DNA of 32,775 nt, from the NCBI RefSeq assembly GCF_006345805.1, contig NW_021832746.1, positions 1-32,775 on the forward strand, given 5' to 3'. A program made the translations under genes and the position numbers. The stretch is from Octopus sinensis (lineage: Eukaryota). Position 1 is the first letter of the stretch, and each line of letters begins with the position of its first letter. Below the pieces are notes generated by a model. That model saw nothing but the letters and a program-made list of their open reading frames with translations, had not been told where the DNA came from and ran no database searches. This document shows, piece after piece, positions 20,473-32,575 of this stretch.

Positions 20473-20830
20473 AAAAAATGCTTTCTAATTGATGTATCAT
20501 TACCGGCAGATGACAACATGTCTCTAAAAGAAATGGAGAAACTTTCAAAATACAAAGACCTTGAAATAGAGGTAACCAGAATGTGGAATCCAAAAACAGA
20601 AACAATTCCTATTATAGTAGGTGCATTAGGCATGATAAAAAAATATTCAGGACTTATAAACACATATAACATACAGAAAATTGCACTACTAGGCACTGCA
20701 CACATCCTACGCAGAACACTTTCCATACAATAACCATCAGAGCATCACAACAAATCATAGCACATACCTAAGGCACACAGAGCTGCGCTCAGTAGTGAAG
20801 TGAAAGCACGCTATAAAAATAAAACTACTG
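20471..20830 (+). mobile_element. 5'-truncated R4/Dong-type non-LTR retrotransposon 3' end inside (TAA)n
   Basis: Frame 20473-20733 reads KKCFLIDVSLPADDNMSLKEMEKLSKYKDLEIEVTRMWNPKTETIPIIVGALGMIKK...IQKIALLGTAHILRRTLSIQ*, typical of the restriction-like endonuclease C-terminus; (TAA)n on both sides (20428-20470, 20831-20910). Confidence 0.85.
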
Positions 20831-20848
20831 AATAATAATAATAATAAT

Positions 20849-20914
<66 letters not shown>

Positions 20915-21494
20915 GCAGGTAGGAATAAGCAAAACGAAAATAAGAACCAGAGATTATACAATTTTATCTTAAATCATTTATTTGTGTTGTTTCATCCAAC
21001 AGGCTTCAGACATAGGGGGAAATGGATCAATCCATTCATGTCCAACCAGTCATGTTCATCTGATTGTTTATTAAAAATCTAACAGGAGTGTATATTGTGG
21101 AATGGTTTTGATCTCTAGAAATTACAATGCAGACTTAGAACTGTGTGTCTGCATAGTGGACCTCCTTACCCTATAGTCATAGCTCAAACTGTTTACTGTA
21201 CTTAGTATGGAAAAATTAAATCAATGACAATAAATTAAATTTTGAACATAATCAAATTATTGGCTTTAGAACATTGTGTAAGATAGTCATCGCCTCCTTT
21301 TTCGCTCTCCCCACAACTCCCTCACACGCTCTCTCTTTCTCGCCTCCACTTTTTCCCTCTCTCCCTTTATCTCTCTGTCTCTCCTTTCTATCTCTTAATA
21401 ACCATCTACAGAAGCAACTCCTTACAACTTAATTCATAATTTTTTTTCACTTTCCAGATGTAGCCTTTTCACTTGGGAGCTGAGTTCATGAGCC

Positions 21495-21753
21495 AGTGTA
21501 ACACACACACACACACACACATATGTATACATATATACCTAAGCATTTATATATATATACATGCATGTGTATGTGTGTGTGTGTATGTGTGTGTGTGTGT
21601 ATGTTTGTCTATGTGTCTGTCTGTTTGTCTATCTGTTTGTCTCTATGTGTGTGTGTGGACGTATGTGTGGACAGACAAACAAGCAGACAAATAGATTGAT
21701 AGACAGACAGACAGACGGACAGACAGACAGATAGATAGATAGATAGATAGATC

Positions 21754-21791
<38 letters not shown>

Positions 21792-21830
21792 TAGACAGAC
21801 AGACAAACAGATAGATAGATAGATACAAAA
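21495..21830. repeat. Compound (CA)/(TG)/(GACA)/(GATA) microsatellite
   Basis: Directly visible. Confidence 0.9.
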
Positions 21831-22966
21831 TGATATACTGTCCTACTTTTGCAAATTTTGATATCTTTATTAGTTACAGTTTATTTTGTTTTCTTTTTTA
21901 AATGCATGTTATTTACTTAAATTTCTATTTTTCATTTTCATTATTTTACGTTTTCCTGCAAAATAAAAAAGAAAAAAAAAAAAAGAAAACACTTTGTAGC
22001 ACAAACATTAAATTTCCTACTGAAAATGAACAAAAAGAAAAGAACAAAGCTGGCTATTTGTAATTTTCTTAGCACACCAAACCTTTTATTAATTTTCCCC
22101 TGGAATCTATTATTTTAATTATCTTAATAAGATTTAACATAATATCTAATTTAAACATTGTCCCTCGGTGGCAGTGGTGTAGATTTCTTGTTCTAAAATA
22201 TTTTAAATATGAATAATCCACTAAGAAAGACAATTAAGTTAAAAATCAATAAATTTAGGTACAAGATAAACACTTTAAGACAAAAAGAGCCTGACAATCA
22301 AACAAAGCAAATTGCAAATTGTCGTTGACAAAAGCAAGCCAACACTTGCTGAATAAGTTATTAGACAAACAGTTATTTCCCTTTGATTTCTTCAATTAAA
22401 TTTTCAAATTTTTCAAAGAAACTAAAGAATATAGTAAGAGAATGAAGAAACAGTATTTCTTAATAGCAATTACCAAACAGCTCTTCACAAAGGTTCTTTT
22501 CAGCAAAGAAAAATCTACTAAAATGACTGGAAACATTAACAGTTTCTTTTTTGTATTTTCTTTTTCAATTAAAGGTTATCTTTATAACGGCATATTTATT
22601 ACATTTTTTAAAACTTCTTTAGGTTTAATTTCAGTTTTAAATAATCAGAGACTGTTAGTATTTATCTCGAAAGAACAATGAGATTCTCAAGGGAGAAAAC
22701 TAGGTGAAAGACTCGAGCTAAAAGAATTTTTATCCAAGAATAATTAGATAAGCCAGTCTTTTTTTCATATTTCTTCTTAGTCTTCCATTTTTGTTTGTTT
22801 TTGAAGAGTTTAATCTTTAAAGATAGTTGTCATTTATTTATTTATTTTTCTTTGTCTCTTAATTCTTCTTGGCTTTGGTGCTCAGCTTTTGTTTTTTAAG
22901 AAGCAAGTTGTTTATTTACGACATTTTTTTTTTATTAATTATTCATTAGTTTTTATCTTTTTGTTT

Positions 22967-23001
<35 letters not shown>

Positions 23002-23859
23002 AGTAGTCGAAACTGTTTGTGGCAAACGACCATCCACAATCTGGCAAATTGCTTTTAGCTTTATGATTTATTTATGTAAATTTCCCAAAAAAGAGTCTGA
23101 TTTGCCTTTCAGTTTTTTGTATTTCTTTCAGTTTTTATTCCAAACTTCAAATAAAGGCTTCACTTTTTTCTTACCATTTCTAATTCCTCATCACCATCAC
23201 CATCACCATCACCATAACAATCAAACTCAACAGAAAGAAATGTCTCAATCTGATACTTTTTACTTAGTTTTCTTAACCAACATATAGAAAAAAAAACCCC
23301 AAAAAAACAACAACAACATTGAAGTTAAGTTAATGAATTAAGTGAACGCAATGTAGAACAATGTTCTTTCTGGAACAACTCCAACCATTTCTAATACAAC
23401 CTTATTCATCTATAAGAGGTTACATTGATTTCTCTATTGTCCATTTTCAATAGACTCCTTTCCTCTCCTGCTCCTTTGAATTATTGTTTTGATGGCCATA
23501 ATCTGGAGAGCTTTCTTGTATGTTATGTCTCAACTAGCAACCACAGCCCCTTACTCAAGCTCCCATCACTAACCGTCTAGTCAGTAACAAAAAGTAGAAA
23601 TGAAAAAAAAAATGACATCTTTACAGTTAGCTTTTCAAAGAATGACTGGGAAATTGAAATATCTAAAGTGTTCTCTTAATGGCTCTTTTTATATTAAGAC
23701 ATAAAAGATAGGTCAAATGCAATTATTGTGGCATCTTGGTAAAGTATTTTCAGTCATTTAAAACACACACTCGCCTATATTCAATTCTTTATACCTTTCT
23801 TGTAGATCGGTCTTTTATTCTACGCTTTAATAATTTTTTTTTGTGTGTCTTTTATTTTC

Positions 23860-24060
23860 ATATTATTATTATTATCATTATTATTATCATCATTATTATT
23901 ATTATCATTATTATTATCATCATTATATATGAACCCCACCACACACTTTATGGCTGTCTTTTTTTTTTGTATTGTCTCCCTCATCTGGTAAATAAAAGAA
24001 ATCATCATCATCATCATCATCATCATCACCACCACCACCACCATTATCATCAGCATCACC

Positions 24061-24094
<34 letters not shown>

Positions 24095-24123
24095 CCACCA
24101 TTATCATCATCATCATCACCATT

Positions 24124-24162
<39 letters not shown>

Positions 24163-24216
24163 GTCATCGTCGTCATCGTCATCATCATCATCATCATTAT
24201 CACCATCATCATCACC

Positions 24217-24263
<47 letters not shown>

Positions 24264-24282
24264 TATCACCATCATCATCACC

Positions 24283-24340
<58 letters not shown>

Positions 24341-24375
24341 CCACCCCCACCATCATCTACATCAACAGCAACAAC
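23860..24375. repeat. (ATT/ATC)n then (CAT/CAC)n trinucleotide tracts
   Basis: Directly visible; source of the poly-Ile/His/Met ORFs. Confidence 0.9.
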
Positions 24376-24430
24376 TTCGTTATTAGTTAGTTAAAGGAAT
24401 AAATGGAGCAACACACCTGCACACACACAC

Positions 24431-24476
<46 letters not shown>

Positions 24477-24982
24477 AGCTATACACCTGACCTTTGCAGG
24501 TTCTCCCAGACTGGTGAGGTCGGTGTGGTTAATGTTCAGCTTGAACTTCTATACAAACGGGTTCAAACAATGGACTTTCAGCTCCCATTCTGTGAGAGAA
24601 GAAGAGATATCAAATATTTCAAGCAGAACACTTTGTCGGAGACAGATGAAATGTCAACTAGTGTTGAAAGATAAATAAATTTAGGAGTAGAGAAGGTGGT
24701 AGGAGGAGGAAGAGTTATCATAACTAACTTCTCTAGATTGATGTTTGGTGAAGAAATATAAGCACTGGGAGTTGGGCAGGGTTGGATTTTTTTTTGGGGG
24801 GGACACACACAATTCTGTGTAGGAATTATTGAAAATAGTTATTGTTTAGTCTTGGGTCAACCCTGACTGAACAGATCTATTGTTATCAGAGGCATTCCAG
24901 TGATGACCATCTCTGTCTATTCTATATCTGACTCTGACATAGTATATCTCAAATTACATCGACCAATATTTCCTGTAATTAA

Positions 24983-25625
24983 GGCAGTGAGATGGCAGAA
25001 TCATTAGTATGATTAGGCGCAGGAGTGGCTGTGTGGTAAGTAGCTTACTAACCAACCACATGGTTCCGGGTTCAGTCCCACTGCGTGGCATCTTGAGCAA
25101 GTGTCTTCTGCTATAGCCCCGGGCCGACCAATGCCTTGTGAGTGGATTTGGTAGACAGAAACTGAAAGAAGCCTGTCGTATATATGTATATATATATATA
25201 TATGTATATGTGTGTGTGTTTGTGTGTCTGTGTTTGTCCCCCTAGCATTGCTTGACAACCGATGCTGGTGTGTTTACGTCCCCATCACTTAGCGGTTCGG
25301 CAAAAGAGACCGATAAAATAAGCACTGAGCTTACAAAGAATAAGTCCCGGGGTCGATTTGCTCGACTAAAGGCAGTGCTCCAGCATGGCCGCAGTCAAAA
25401 TGACTGAAACAAGTAAAAGAGTAAAAGAGAGAGAGAGTAAAGTATGCCAGGAAAAATGCTTAGCAACATTTCATCCATGTTTACGTTCTGAGTTCAAATC
25501 CTGCCAGGGTCAACTTTGCTTTTTATCTTTCCAAGATCAATAAAATGAATGTCAGTTGAGCACTGGGGTTGATGTAATTGATTTATCTTCTCTCAAGTCT
25601 TGCTGACCATGTACCAAAGTTTGGA
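24983..25625 (+). mobile_element. Old B2-type SINE split by an A insertion
   Basis: Head GGCAGTGAGATGGCAGAATCATTAGTATG resumes as AGTATGCCAGGAAAAATGCTTAGC...GAGTTCAAATCC after the A copy. Confidence 0.7.
25015..25440 (+). mobile_element. SINE A, full length, nested in B2
   Basis: AGGCGCAGGAGTGGCTGTGTGG head to GTAAAAGAG tail; AGTATG on both sides (25006-25011, 25441-25446). Confidence 0.92.
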
Positions 25626-25782
25626 ACTGGTATTTACTGTAATCAAGGTGGTGAACCGATAGAATCATTAGTACACCAGGCAAAATGCTTCGCAGAATTG
25701 TATCCATCTTGATGTCCTGAGTTCAGATTCTTACAGAATGTGAACTGAAAAAAGACCTATTAACTTACTACAATAAACCAGT

Positions 25783-26011
25783 TTAACCCTTTAGTATTCA
25801 ACCTGGCCATATTAGGCCCAAATATTCTGCCTGTTTTATTGTTCAAACTGACAAGATCAGGCCTTTCATACCTACCTTACAATGTTATTCTAAAAATATA
25901 CAATCACTTCACTGAAATCACAAAACTACAAATTAACGTATGATAAATTCAAAACAATGGGAATAAATAAGCAAGGCATTTGACAAAGTAATTTGAATGC
26001 TAAGGGATTAA
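25783..26011. mobile_element. piggyBac-type MITE (TTAA ends)
   Basis: TTAACCCTTTAGTATTCAA ... TTGAATGCTAAGGGATTAA imperfect TIRs with TTAA at both ends. Confidence 0.65.
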
Positions 26012-26173
26012 GAGGAAACTTCTTCTCCAAGAGATGTTTAATGGAGGCTTGTTTGTTGATATTAAGGTCTTTATGAAGACATGGGACTTACAAAGATAAG
26101 AGAGAAAGTAAACCAAAAACAAATGTGTCCCTCACACAAAACAAAGGATTGCCACACACACCCACACACACAC

Positions 26174-26400
26174 AAGTTAAGAAGCAAGCTTTACAACCAG
26201 GTAAATTCAGGTTCAGTCCCACCTTGGGCAAGTGTCTTCTACTAGAGCTGTAGGCCAATCAATGTCTCGGGAGTAAATATGATAGATGGAAACTGTGTGG
26301 AATCCCATCATGTATGCGTGTAGAGTGATTGCGTGTATATGTTCAAGGTGGTGCCTAAGCATAGCCGCAATGTAATGACAGAACCAAATAAAAGATAAAA
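26174..26400 (+). mobile_element. Old, deleted A-type SINE
   Basis: GGTTCAGTCCCACCTTGGGCAAGTGTCTTCT...GTGGTGCCTAAGCATAGCCGC...AAAAGATAAAA. Confidence 0.6.
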
Positions 26401-26790
26401 TTCTTTTATTCTTTTACTTGTTTCAGTCATTTGTTTGTGGCCATGCTGGAACACCACCTTGAGGGGTTTTAATAGAACAAGTCAACCCAAGGACTTATTT
26501 TTTTTTAAGCCTAGTACGTATTCTATTGTTCTCTTTTACCAAACTGCTGCTTTACAGGGACATATGCTCACCAACACTGGTTGTCAAGCAGTGATGGGGG
26601 ACATATACAAGCACAAAGTCATGTACTCATAGATATATACACATATATACAACAGACTTCCTTCAGTTTCTGTCTACTAAATCCACTCACAAGGCTTTAG
26701 TCAGCCTGAAGCAATAGTAGAAGTCACTTGCCGAAGGTGTCATGCAGTGGGACGAAACCCAGAACATGTGGTTGGGGAGTAAGCATCTTA

Positions 26791-27263
26791 TTTCTTTACT
26801 ACCGACAAGGGGCTAAACATAGAGGAGACAAACAAGGACAGACAAACGGATTAAGTCGATTACATCGACCCCAGTGCGTTACTGGTACTTTATTTATTGG
26901 CGAGATGGCAGAGACGTTAGCACGCCGGGTGAAACGCGTAGCCGTATTTCGTCTGCCGTTACATTCTGAGTTCAAATTCCGCCGAGGTTGACTTTGCCTT
27001 TCATCCTTTCGGGGTCGATTAAATAAGTACCAGTTACACACTGGGGGTTGATATAATCGACTTAATCCGCCTGTCTGTCCTTGTTTGTCCTCTCTGTGTT
27101 TAGCCCTTTGTGGGTAGTAAAGAAATAGGTACTTAATTTATCGACCCCGAAAGGATGAAAGGCAAAGTCGACCTTGGCAGAATTCGAACTCAGAACGTAA
27201 AGACAGACGAAATACCACTAAGCATTTTGCCCAGCATGCTAACGCTTCTGCCAGCTCACTGCC
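26791..27263 (-). mobile_element. SINE B1 (host), split by another B1
   Basis: Tail half 26791-26897 and head half 27128-27263; CTTA on both sides. Confidence 0.85.
26899..27127 (+). mobile_element. SINE B1 inserted antisense into B1
   Basis: TSD GGTACTTTATTTAT (26884-26897) / GGTACTTAATTTAT (27128-27141). Confidence 0.9.
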
Positions 27264-27322
27264 CTTACCACACAGCCATACCTGTGGCTATGAGTGATAT
27301 ATATATATATATATATATATAT

Positions 27323-27601
27323 CAGGTGATTACGTGACCGACCAAGCTATCAGATGTTGCTACACATCGCTGGTCACAATGTGCTTCGCATTGTTTTAGC
27401 CTTCAAATGACGCCACCTCGCTGGCCAAGCGGGCAGGCCAACAGGAAGAAAGAGTGAGAGAAGGTTGCGGCGAAAGAGTACAGGAGGTGCCTTTAGGTGT
27501 TTTCGCTCAATAAACACACACAACGCCCGATCTGGGAATCGAAACCGCGATCTTCAGACCGTGAGTCCGCTGCCCTAAGCACTGGGCCATTGTGCCTCCA
27601 C
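27323..27601 (-). mobile_element. SINE C, tail type 3, internally deleted
   Basis: C head (GGAGGCACAATGGCCCAGTGCTTAGGGCAGCGGACTC...) plus tail GGCCTGCCCGCTTGGCCAGCGAGGTGGCGTCATTTGAAGGC. Confidence 0.85.
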
Positions 27602-27959
27602 ACACACATATATATATATATATATACATACACGTATATATATATATATATATATACGTGTATATATATATATATATATACGTGTATATATATATACGTG
27701 TATATATATGCTTACTCAAGAGGCTTCCACACAAGATTGAACCAAGAACCATGTGTCATTAGAAAGGCAAACTCTTGAAAAACACTGCTAAAAAATCTAA
27801 ACTAGAAATAAATATGTAGCAAGAAGAAAACTTAATTAATAGCCAGCAACTAATATTATTTTCTTCTTTGATTTTACTCAACAAGTTTAGGAAACAACTT
27901 GTGACTGGTTTCTACAGTTTGCTGGCTTCTTCAGCTGCAAGGAATGTTATACTTTACAG

Positions 27960-28384
27960 AAGAAGCCAGAAAAAAATATAGAAACATTGCTTGGAGTTGT
28001 TTTTCTGTACTTGCCAGAAAAATGAAATACATATATATATAAATATGCATACATATATACATTTTTTATGTGTGTGTGCATGTGTGCACAAGCGCGTGTT
28101 TGTACATACATTCACACACACAGACATTATATATATATACATACACACACACATACATTTATATACACATATATATATATACACATATATATACACATAT
28201 ATATACACATATATATATATATACACACGCACACATATATATATATATCATCATCATCATCATTGCTTAACGTCCACCTTTCCATGATGGATGTATATAT
28301 AAATATATATCTTAATCTTTCAGCATTATCTCTTACTGGTTTCATCCAAAGGATGAGGCCTTACTGGGGCACCAACTTCAATAT

Positions 28385-28418
<34 letters not shown>

Positions 28419-28486
28419 TATATATATATACACATGTCTGTGTGTGTGTGTATGTATGTAAATATATATATATATACATGTGTGTG

Positions 28487-28530
<44 letters not shown>

Positions 28531-28612
28531 ATATATATATGTATATGTATATATATATATGTGTCTGTGTGTGTGTGTATATATATATATATACACACAC
28601 ACACATATATCT
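27960..28612. repeat. Compound TA/TG/CA microsatellite with a short RTE-type 3' end (28245-28290, minus)
   Basis: Directly visible; (CAT)n followed by TGCTTAACGTCCACCTTTCCATG. Confidence 0.8.
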
Positions 28613-28871
28613 TAGTTATTGACGAATATTTTTCGTTATCGCGTGTTTATTTCCATTTTTATTTTATGTGTCATGCGTAAAATATGCCAACAGCAACAAA
28701 TGCTTTTTATTGTTTGTCTAAACTATATGAAAAAAACATTTTTCCAAAGGTAAACAGCTACTATGGACCATTACAATATCACCAGCAACTACATGAGTTA
28801 ATGTATATGTTTTGATACAGCTGCATAACCTGCTAGATATAGTCACATCTCACTCAAATCACAACCTACTA

Positions 28872-29090
28872 TCTTTTACCTTTAATATTTGTTTTAGTCA
28901 CTTTGACTGCAGCCATGCTGGAGCACCACCTTGATGGATTTTTTTAGTCAAACAAATTGACCCCAGGACCTGATTTCTTAAGCCTAGTACTTATTCTATC
29001 AGTCCCTTTTTCTGAAATTCTTAGTTACAGGGACATGAACACACCAACACCAGTGGTGGGGCACAAACACAGACGCAAAGACACACCCAC
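28872..29090 (-). mobile_element. Diverged SINE A 3' half
   Basis: TTAGTCACTTTGACTGCAGCCATGCTGGAGCACC...CTAGTACTTATTCTATCAGTCCCTTTT. Confidence 0.7.
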
Positions 29091-29109
29091 AGATATATAT
29101 ATACATACA

Positions 29110-29142
<33 letters not shown>

Positions 29143-29144
<2 letters not shown>

Positions 29145-29501
29145 TCCTTTCTACTATAAGCACAAGGCCTGAAATTTGTGGGGAGGGGGCAAGCTGATTA
29201 CCTCGACCCCAGAGTTTCACTGGTGTTTAATTTATCAACCCTGAAAGGATGAAAGGCAAAGTTGACCCAGCAGCATTTGAACTCAGAATGTGAAGATGGA
29301 CGAAATACCCATTTCTTTACTACCCACAAGGGGCTAAACACAGAGGGGACAAACAAGGACAGACAAACGGATTAAGTCGATTATATCGACTCCATTGCGT
29401 AACTGGTACTTATTTAATCGACCCTGAAAGGATGAAAGGCAAAGTTGACCTCGGCGAAATTTGAACTCAGAACGTAGCGACAGACAAAATACCGCAAAGC
29501 A
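29143..29501 (-). mobile_element. B2 SINE with a same-orientation B1 inserted (29310-29493)
   Basis: B2 tail/centre, then B1 tail/centre; AAATACC at 29303-29309 and 29487-29493. Confidence 0.8.
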
Positions 29502-29577
29502 TATATATATATATATATTATATATTATATATATATATATATTATATATATATATATATATATACTATATATATACA

Positions 29578-29870
29578 TGTGGAGGCGCAATAGCTCAGTG
29601 GTTAGGGCAGTGGACTCGCGGTTTTGATTCCCAGACCGGGCGTTGTGAGTGTTTATTGAGCGAAAAACACCTAAAGCTCCACGAGGCTCTGGCAGGGGGT
29701 GGTGGCGATCCCTGCTGTACTCTTTCGCCTCAACTTTCTCTCACTCTTTTTCTTCTGTTGCCTGCCCGCTTAGCCAGTGGGGTGGCGTCATTTAAAGGCT
29801 AAAACAATGCGAAATGCATTGTGACCTGTGATGTGTAGCAACATCTGATAGCCTGGTCGGTCACGGCGAT
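29578..29870 (+). mobile_element. SINE C, tail type 3
   Basis: GGAGGCGCAATAGCTCAGTGGTTAGGGCAGTGGACTCGCGG head, C body, tail ending GATAGCCTGGTCGGTCACGG then (AT)n. Confidence 0.88.
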
Positions 29871-30231
29871 ATATATATATATATAATCTTGGGGAATAAA
29901 AAAATATCTCCTTTCCCCACAGAGTAATAACAGGTAAGTTATGTAGATTTAAAAAGATAATTTTATTGTATTTTATAGTAGGGTTTTTAAATGCTTATAT
30001 TATTTTATTGAATATAACTTTCTATGTGTATTCCATACAATAAGGTTATCCTGAAATATGAGTTGCAGTTCTATTGGTAAAATCCCAAATTTGTAATAAT
30101 ATTATGTGAGTGTGTGTGTGTGTATTGATAGAAGTGGTAAGACAACAAAAAATGAAAGAGACCTCAATATTATGTAAAAAGGGGAATTTATCTGTAATTT
30201 TTTCGATGGCCGGATAATAGAAGAGATGGAG

Positions 30232-30350
30232 GCATGGGTTGCCCTTCCTCACACCAACCACTCTTTCGAATGTCGGGCCTCACAGAGGCAATGACGAAAG
30301 ACCGAGACCTCTGGAGATATGCTGTGAACGATGACGATGATGATGATGAT
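30232..30350 (+). mobile_element. Rearranged RTE-type 3' fragment
   Basis: 30265-30326 translates [20 protein letters not shown] (resembles an RTE ORF C-terminus) and joins AACGATGACGATG; it is preceded by an inverted 3' UTR piece. Confidence 0.55.
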
Positions 30351-30472
30351 ATATATGTATATATATATATATGCATATGTATATGTGTGTATGTATGTAT
30401 ATAAACATATATATATTATATGTATGCATGTATGTGTGTATATATATTATATATATATATATTATATGTATG

Positions 30473-30528
<56 letters not shown>

Positions 30529-30560
30529 GTATATATATATTATATATACATATGTATATA

Positions 30561-30605
<45 letters not shown>

Positions 30606-30690
30606 CCCGGACTTGTGCCTTGGAGGGAACAATCCCATGATCAGTCATGACCGAAGGGTGTATCAGCATGCATATATATTGTGTATATAT

Positions 30691-30728
<38 letters not shown>

Positions 30729-30810
30729 ATATTATATATATATATATATTATATTATATATATATATATGCATATATATATGAATGTATGTATGTATGTA
30801 TGTATGTACT
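30350..30810. repeat. Long (TA)n-rich tract containing a SINE tail (30602-30662)
   Basis: Directly visible. Confidence 0.85.
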
Positions 30811-31044
30811 TGGGTGTCTGTGTTCTATTGTAGCTCCAGGCTGAGCAAAGCCTTTTGAATCCATTTCGTTGACAGAAACTGAAAGAAGCATATCACACAC
30901 GTGTGTGTGTGTGCACGCGCATGTGTGTATGTGTGTGGGTGGGTGTGTTTCGACATCATGCAATTGTTCTAAGCAAGCATCACAATGTCACTAATCATGC
31001 ATGCAATGTTGTTTGTATTCAGTCTTTTGTGGAAAAAAAATGTC

Positions 31045-31204
31045 TGGCTATGAAGAACCAGGTGAGGGTTGCTGACAAGAATGTCACCCACCTGTTGAGA
31101 AATCTACCTCAACAAATTGTATCTGACCTGAGCAAGCATAGGAAAGTGGATGTTAAAACGATATGATAACAATGATGATAATGATGGTGATGATGATGAT
31201 GATG
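31045..31204 (+). mobile_element. Old RTE-type 3' end
   Basis: GCATAGGAAAGTGGATGTTAAAACGATATGAT...(GAT)n resembles the tail at 16880-16920. Confidence 0.45.
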
Positions 31205-31320
31205 TCCTCAAGTAAATTTCACAAATACTCAAATCAGCTGAACTTGGAACTTACAGAGTTTTACCAAAGAAATTTCTTTACCTCAAAGTATGAAAAACGT
31301 TTTCATAAACAAAACTTATC

Positions 31321-31711
31321 AGGAGTGGCTGTGTGGTAAGTAGCTTGCTAACCAACCACATGTTTCTGGGTTCAGTCCCACTGTGTGGCATCTTGGGCAA
31401 GTGTCTTCTGCTATAGCCCCGGGCCGACCAATGCCTTGTGAGTGGATTTGGCAGACGGAACTGAAAGAAGCCTGTCGTATATATGTATATGTATGTATGT
31501 GTGTATATTTGTGTGTCTGTGTTTGTCCCCCTAGCATTGCTTGACAACCGATGCTGGTGTGTTTACGTCCCCGTCACTTAGCGGTTCGGCCAAAGAGACC
31601 GATAGAATAAGTACTGGTCTTACAAAGAATAAGTCCCAGGGTCGATTTGCTCGACTAAAGGCGATGCTCCAGCATGGCCACAGTCAAATGACTGAAACAT
31701 GTAAAAGAGTA
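31321..31711 (+). mobile_element. SINE A, full length
   Basis: AGGAGTGGCTGTGTGGTAAG head to GTAAAAGAGT tail. Confidence 0.92.
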
Positions 31712-31979
31712 ATGTCTACATTTTTTTTCTTTGCCTTTTAGCAAACTCAGCGTTTGTTTATCAACCAAAATAATTCTGATGCCATATATTTTATCCAGCA
31801 ACATTTTTGTTTTATTTTTTTTGGGGGGGGGGTTGGAATAGCAAGCAGCCAGCTTAATCACCTTTGCTTGATTTATTCACTGTCTTGAAATCTTGTTGAT
31901 GCAGATTTCCAATTCAGTTTTTTCTACCATGGTCACTGACCTCTGAGGTGTGGTGAGACAGTTAGGTGTTATAAAAATG

Positions 31980-32081
31980 GGACAAACAAATTATCCAGAT
32001 AGACAACACAAAGAAAACAAGGACGGGTCATTCGAAGTTTTCTTTCCTCAGTCAAGTACCAGATTATCTTCGCAATTTCAG

Positions 32082-32140
<59 letters not shown>

Positions 32141-32575
32141 TTCCTGAGCGCCATACTAATACAATTGTTTGTTTGTTTTCCACCACCTGCCTTCGTCTTT
32201 TGTCTATTTTCATAAAGCTTCCCGTTATATATATATATATATATATATAGTGTAATAAATAAAATATATGCATACATACAAACATATATGTACGTACCTA
32301 CATCTACATGTATATATACATACATATATAAATATATATACGTGAGTACAGGACACGACAACTAGACGTAGAACTCAAAGAGAAACGAAAAGGGAAAAAC
32401 CATTTTTTTACAACAGAAAAACAGATTACAGGACATACTACACAAAGAAAAATCCCCTATCATCAGCTGTCACTAGTTCGACTCTAGCGTGTTTTGAAGG
32501 CAAGACAGGACACGACTCGCCAAACTAGTCCTTCCTGCGAGAGAATTAAAGTAAAATTACCTCGCAGGAGAGAGA
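31980..32575. mobile_element. Penelope-like repeat fragments separated by (TA)n tracts
   Basis: Repeat-like blocks at 31980-32085, 32116-32225 and 32340-32575 between TA runs; GTATTAGTAT..GCTCAGGAA motif shared with 10311-10332 and, more weakly, 1846-1868. Family assignment is tentative. Confidence 0.35.

Larger units (their letters stand above)
26401..27288 (-). mobile_element. Diverged SINE A (body 26401-26790, head remnant 27264-27288) hosting nested B1 copies
   Basis: GGTTGGGGAGTAAGCATCTTA|...|CTTACCACACAGCCATACC rejoins into an A head. Confidence 0.75.

Noticed and set aside
29578-29650. tRNA gene at SINE C (and A/B) heads
   Set aside because: A- and B-box-like motifs are present, but I see no complete cloverleaf or acceptor stem, and each head continues into SINE body.
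32020-32500. Hammerheads at CTGAGGA (about 32045) and CTGATGA (about 32462) on the minus strand
   Set aside because: I could not build GAAA plus stems I and III convincingly.
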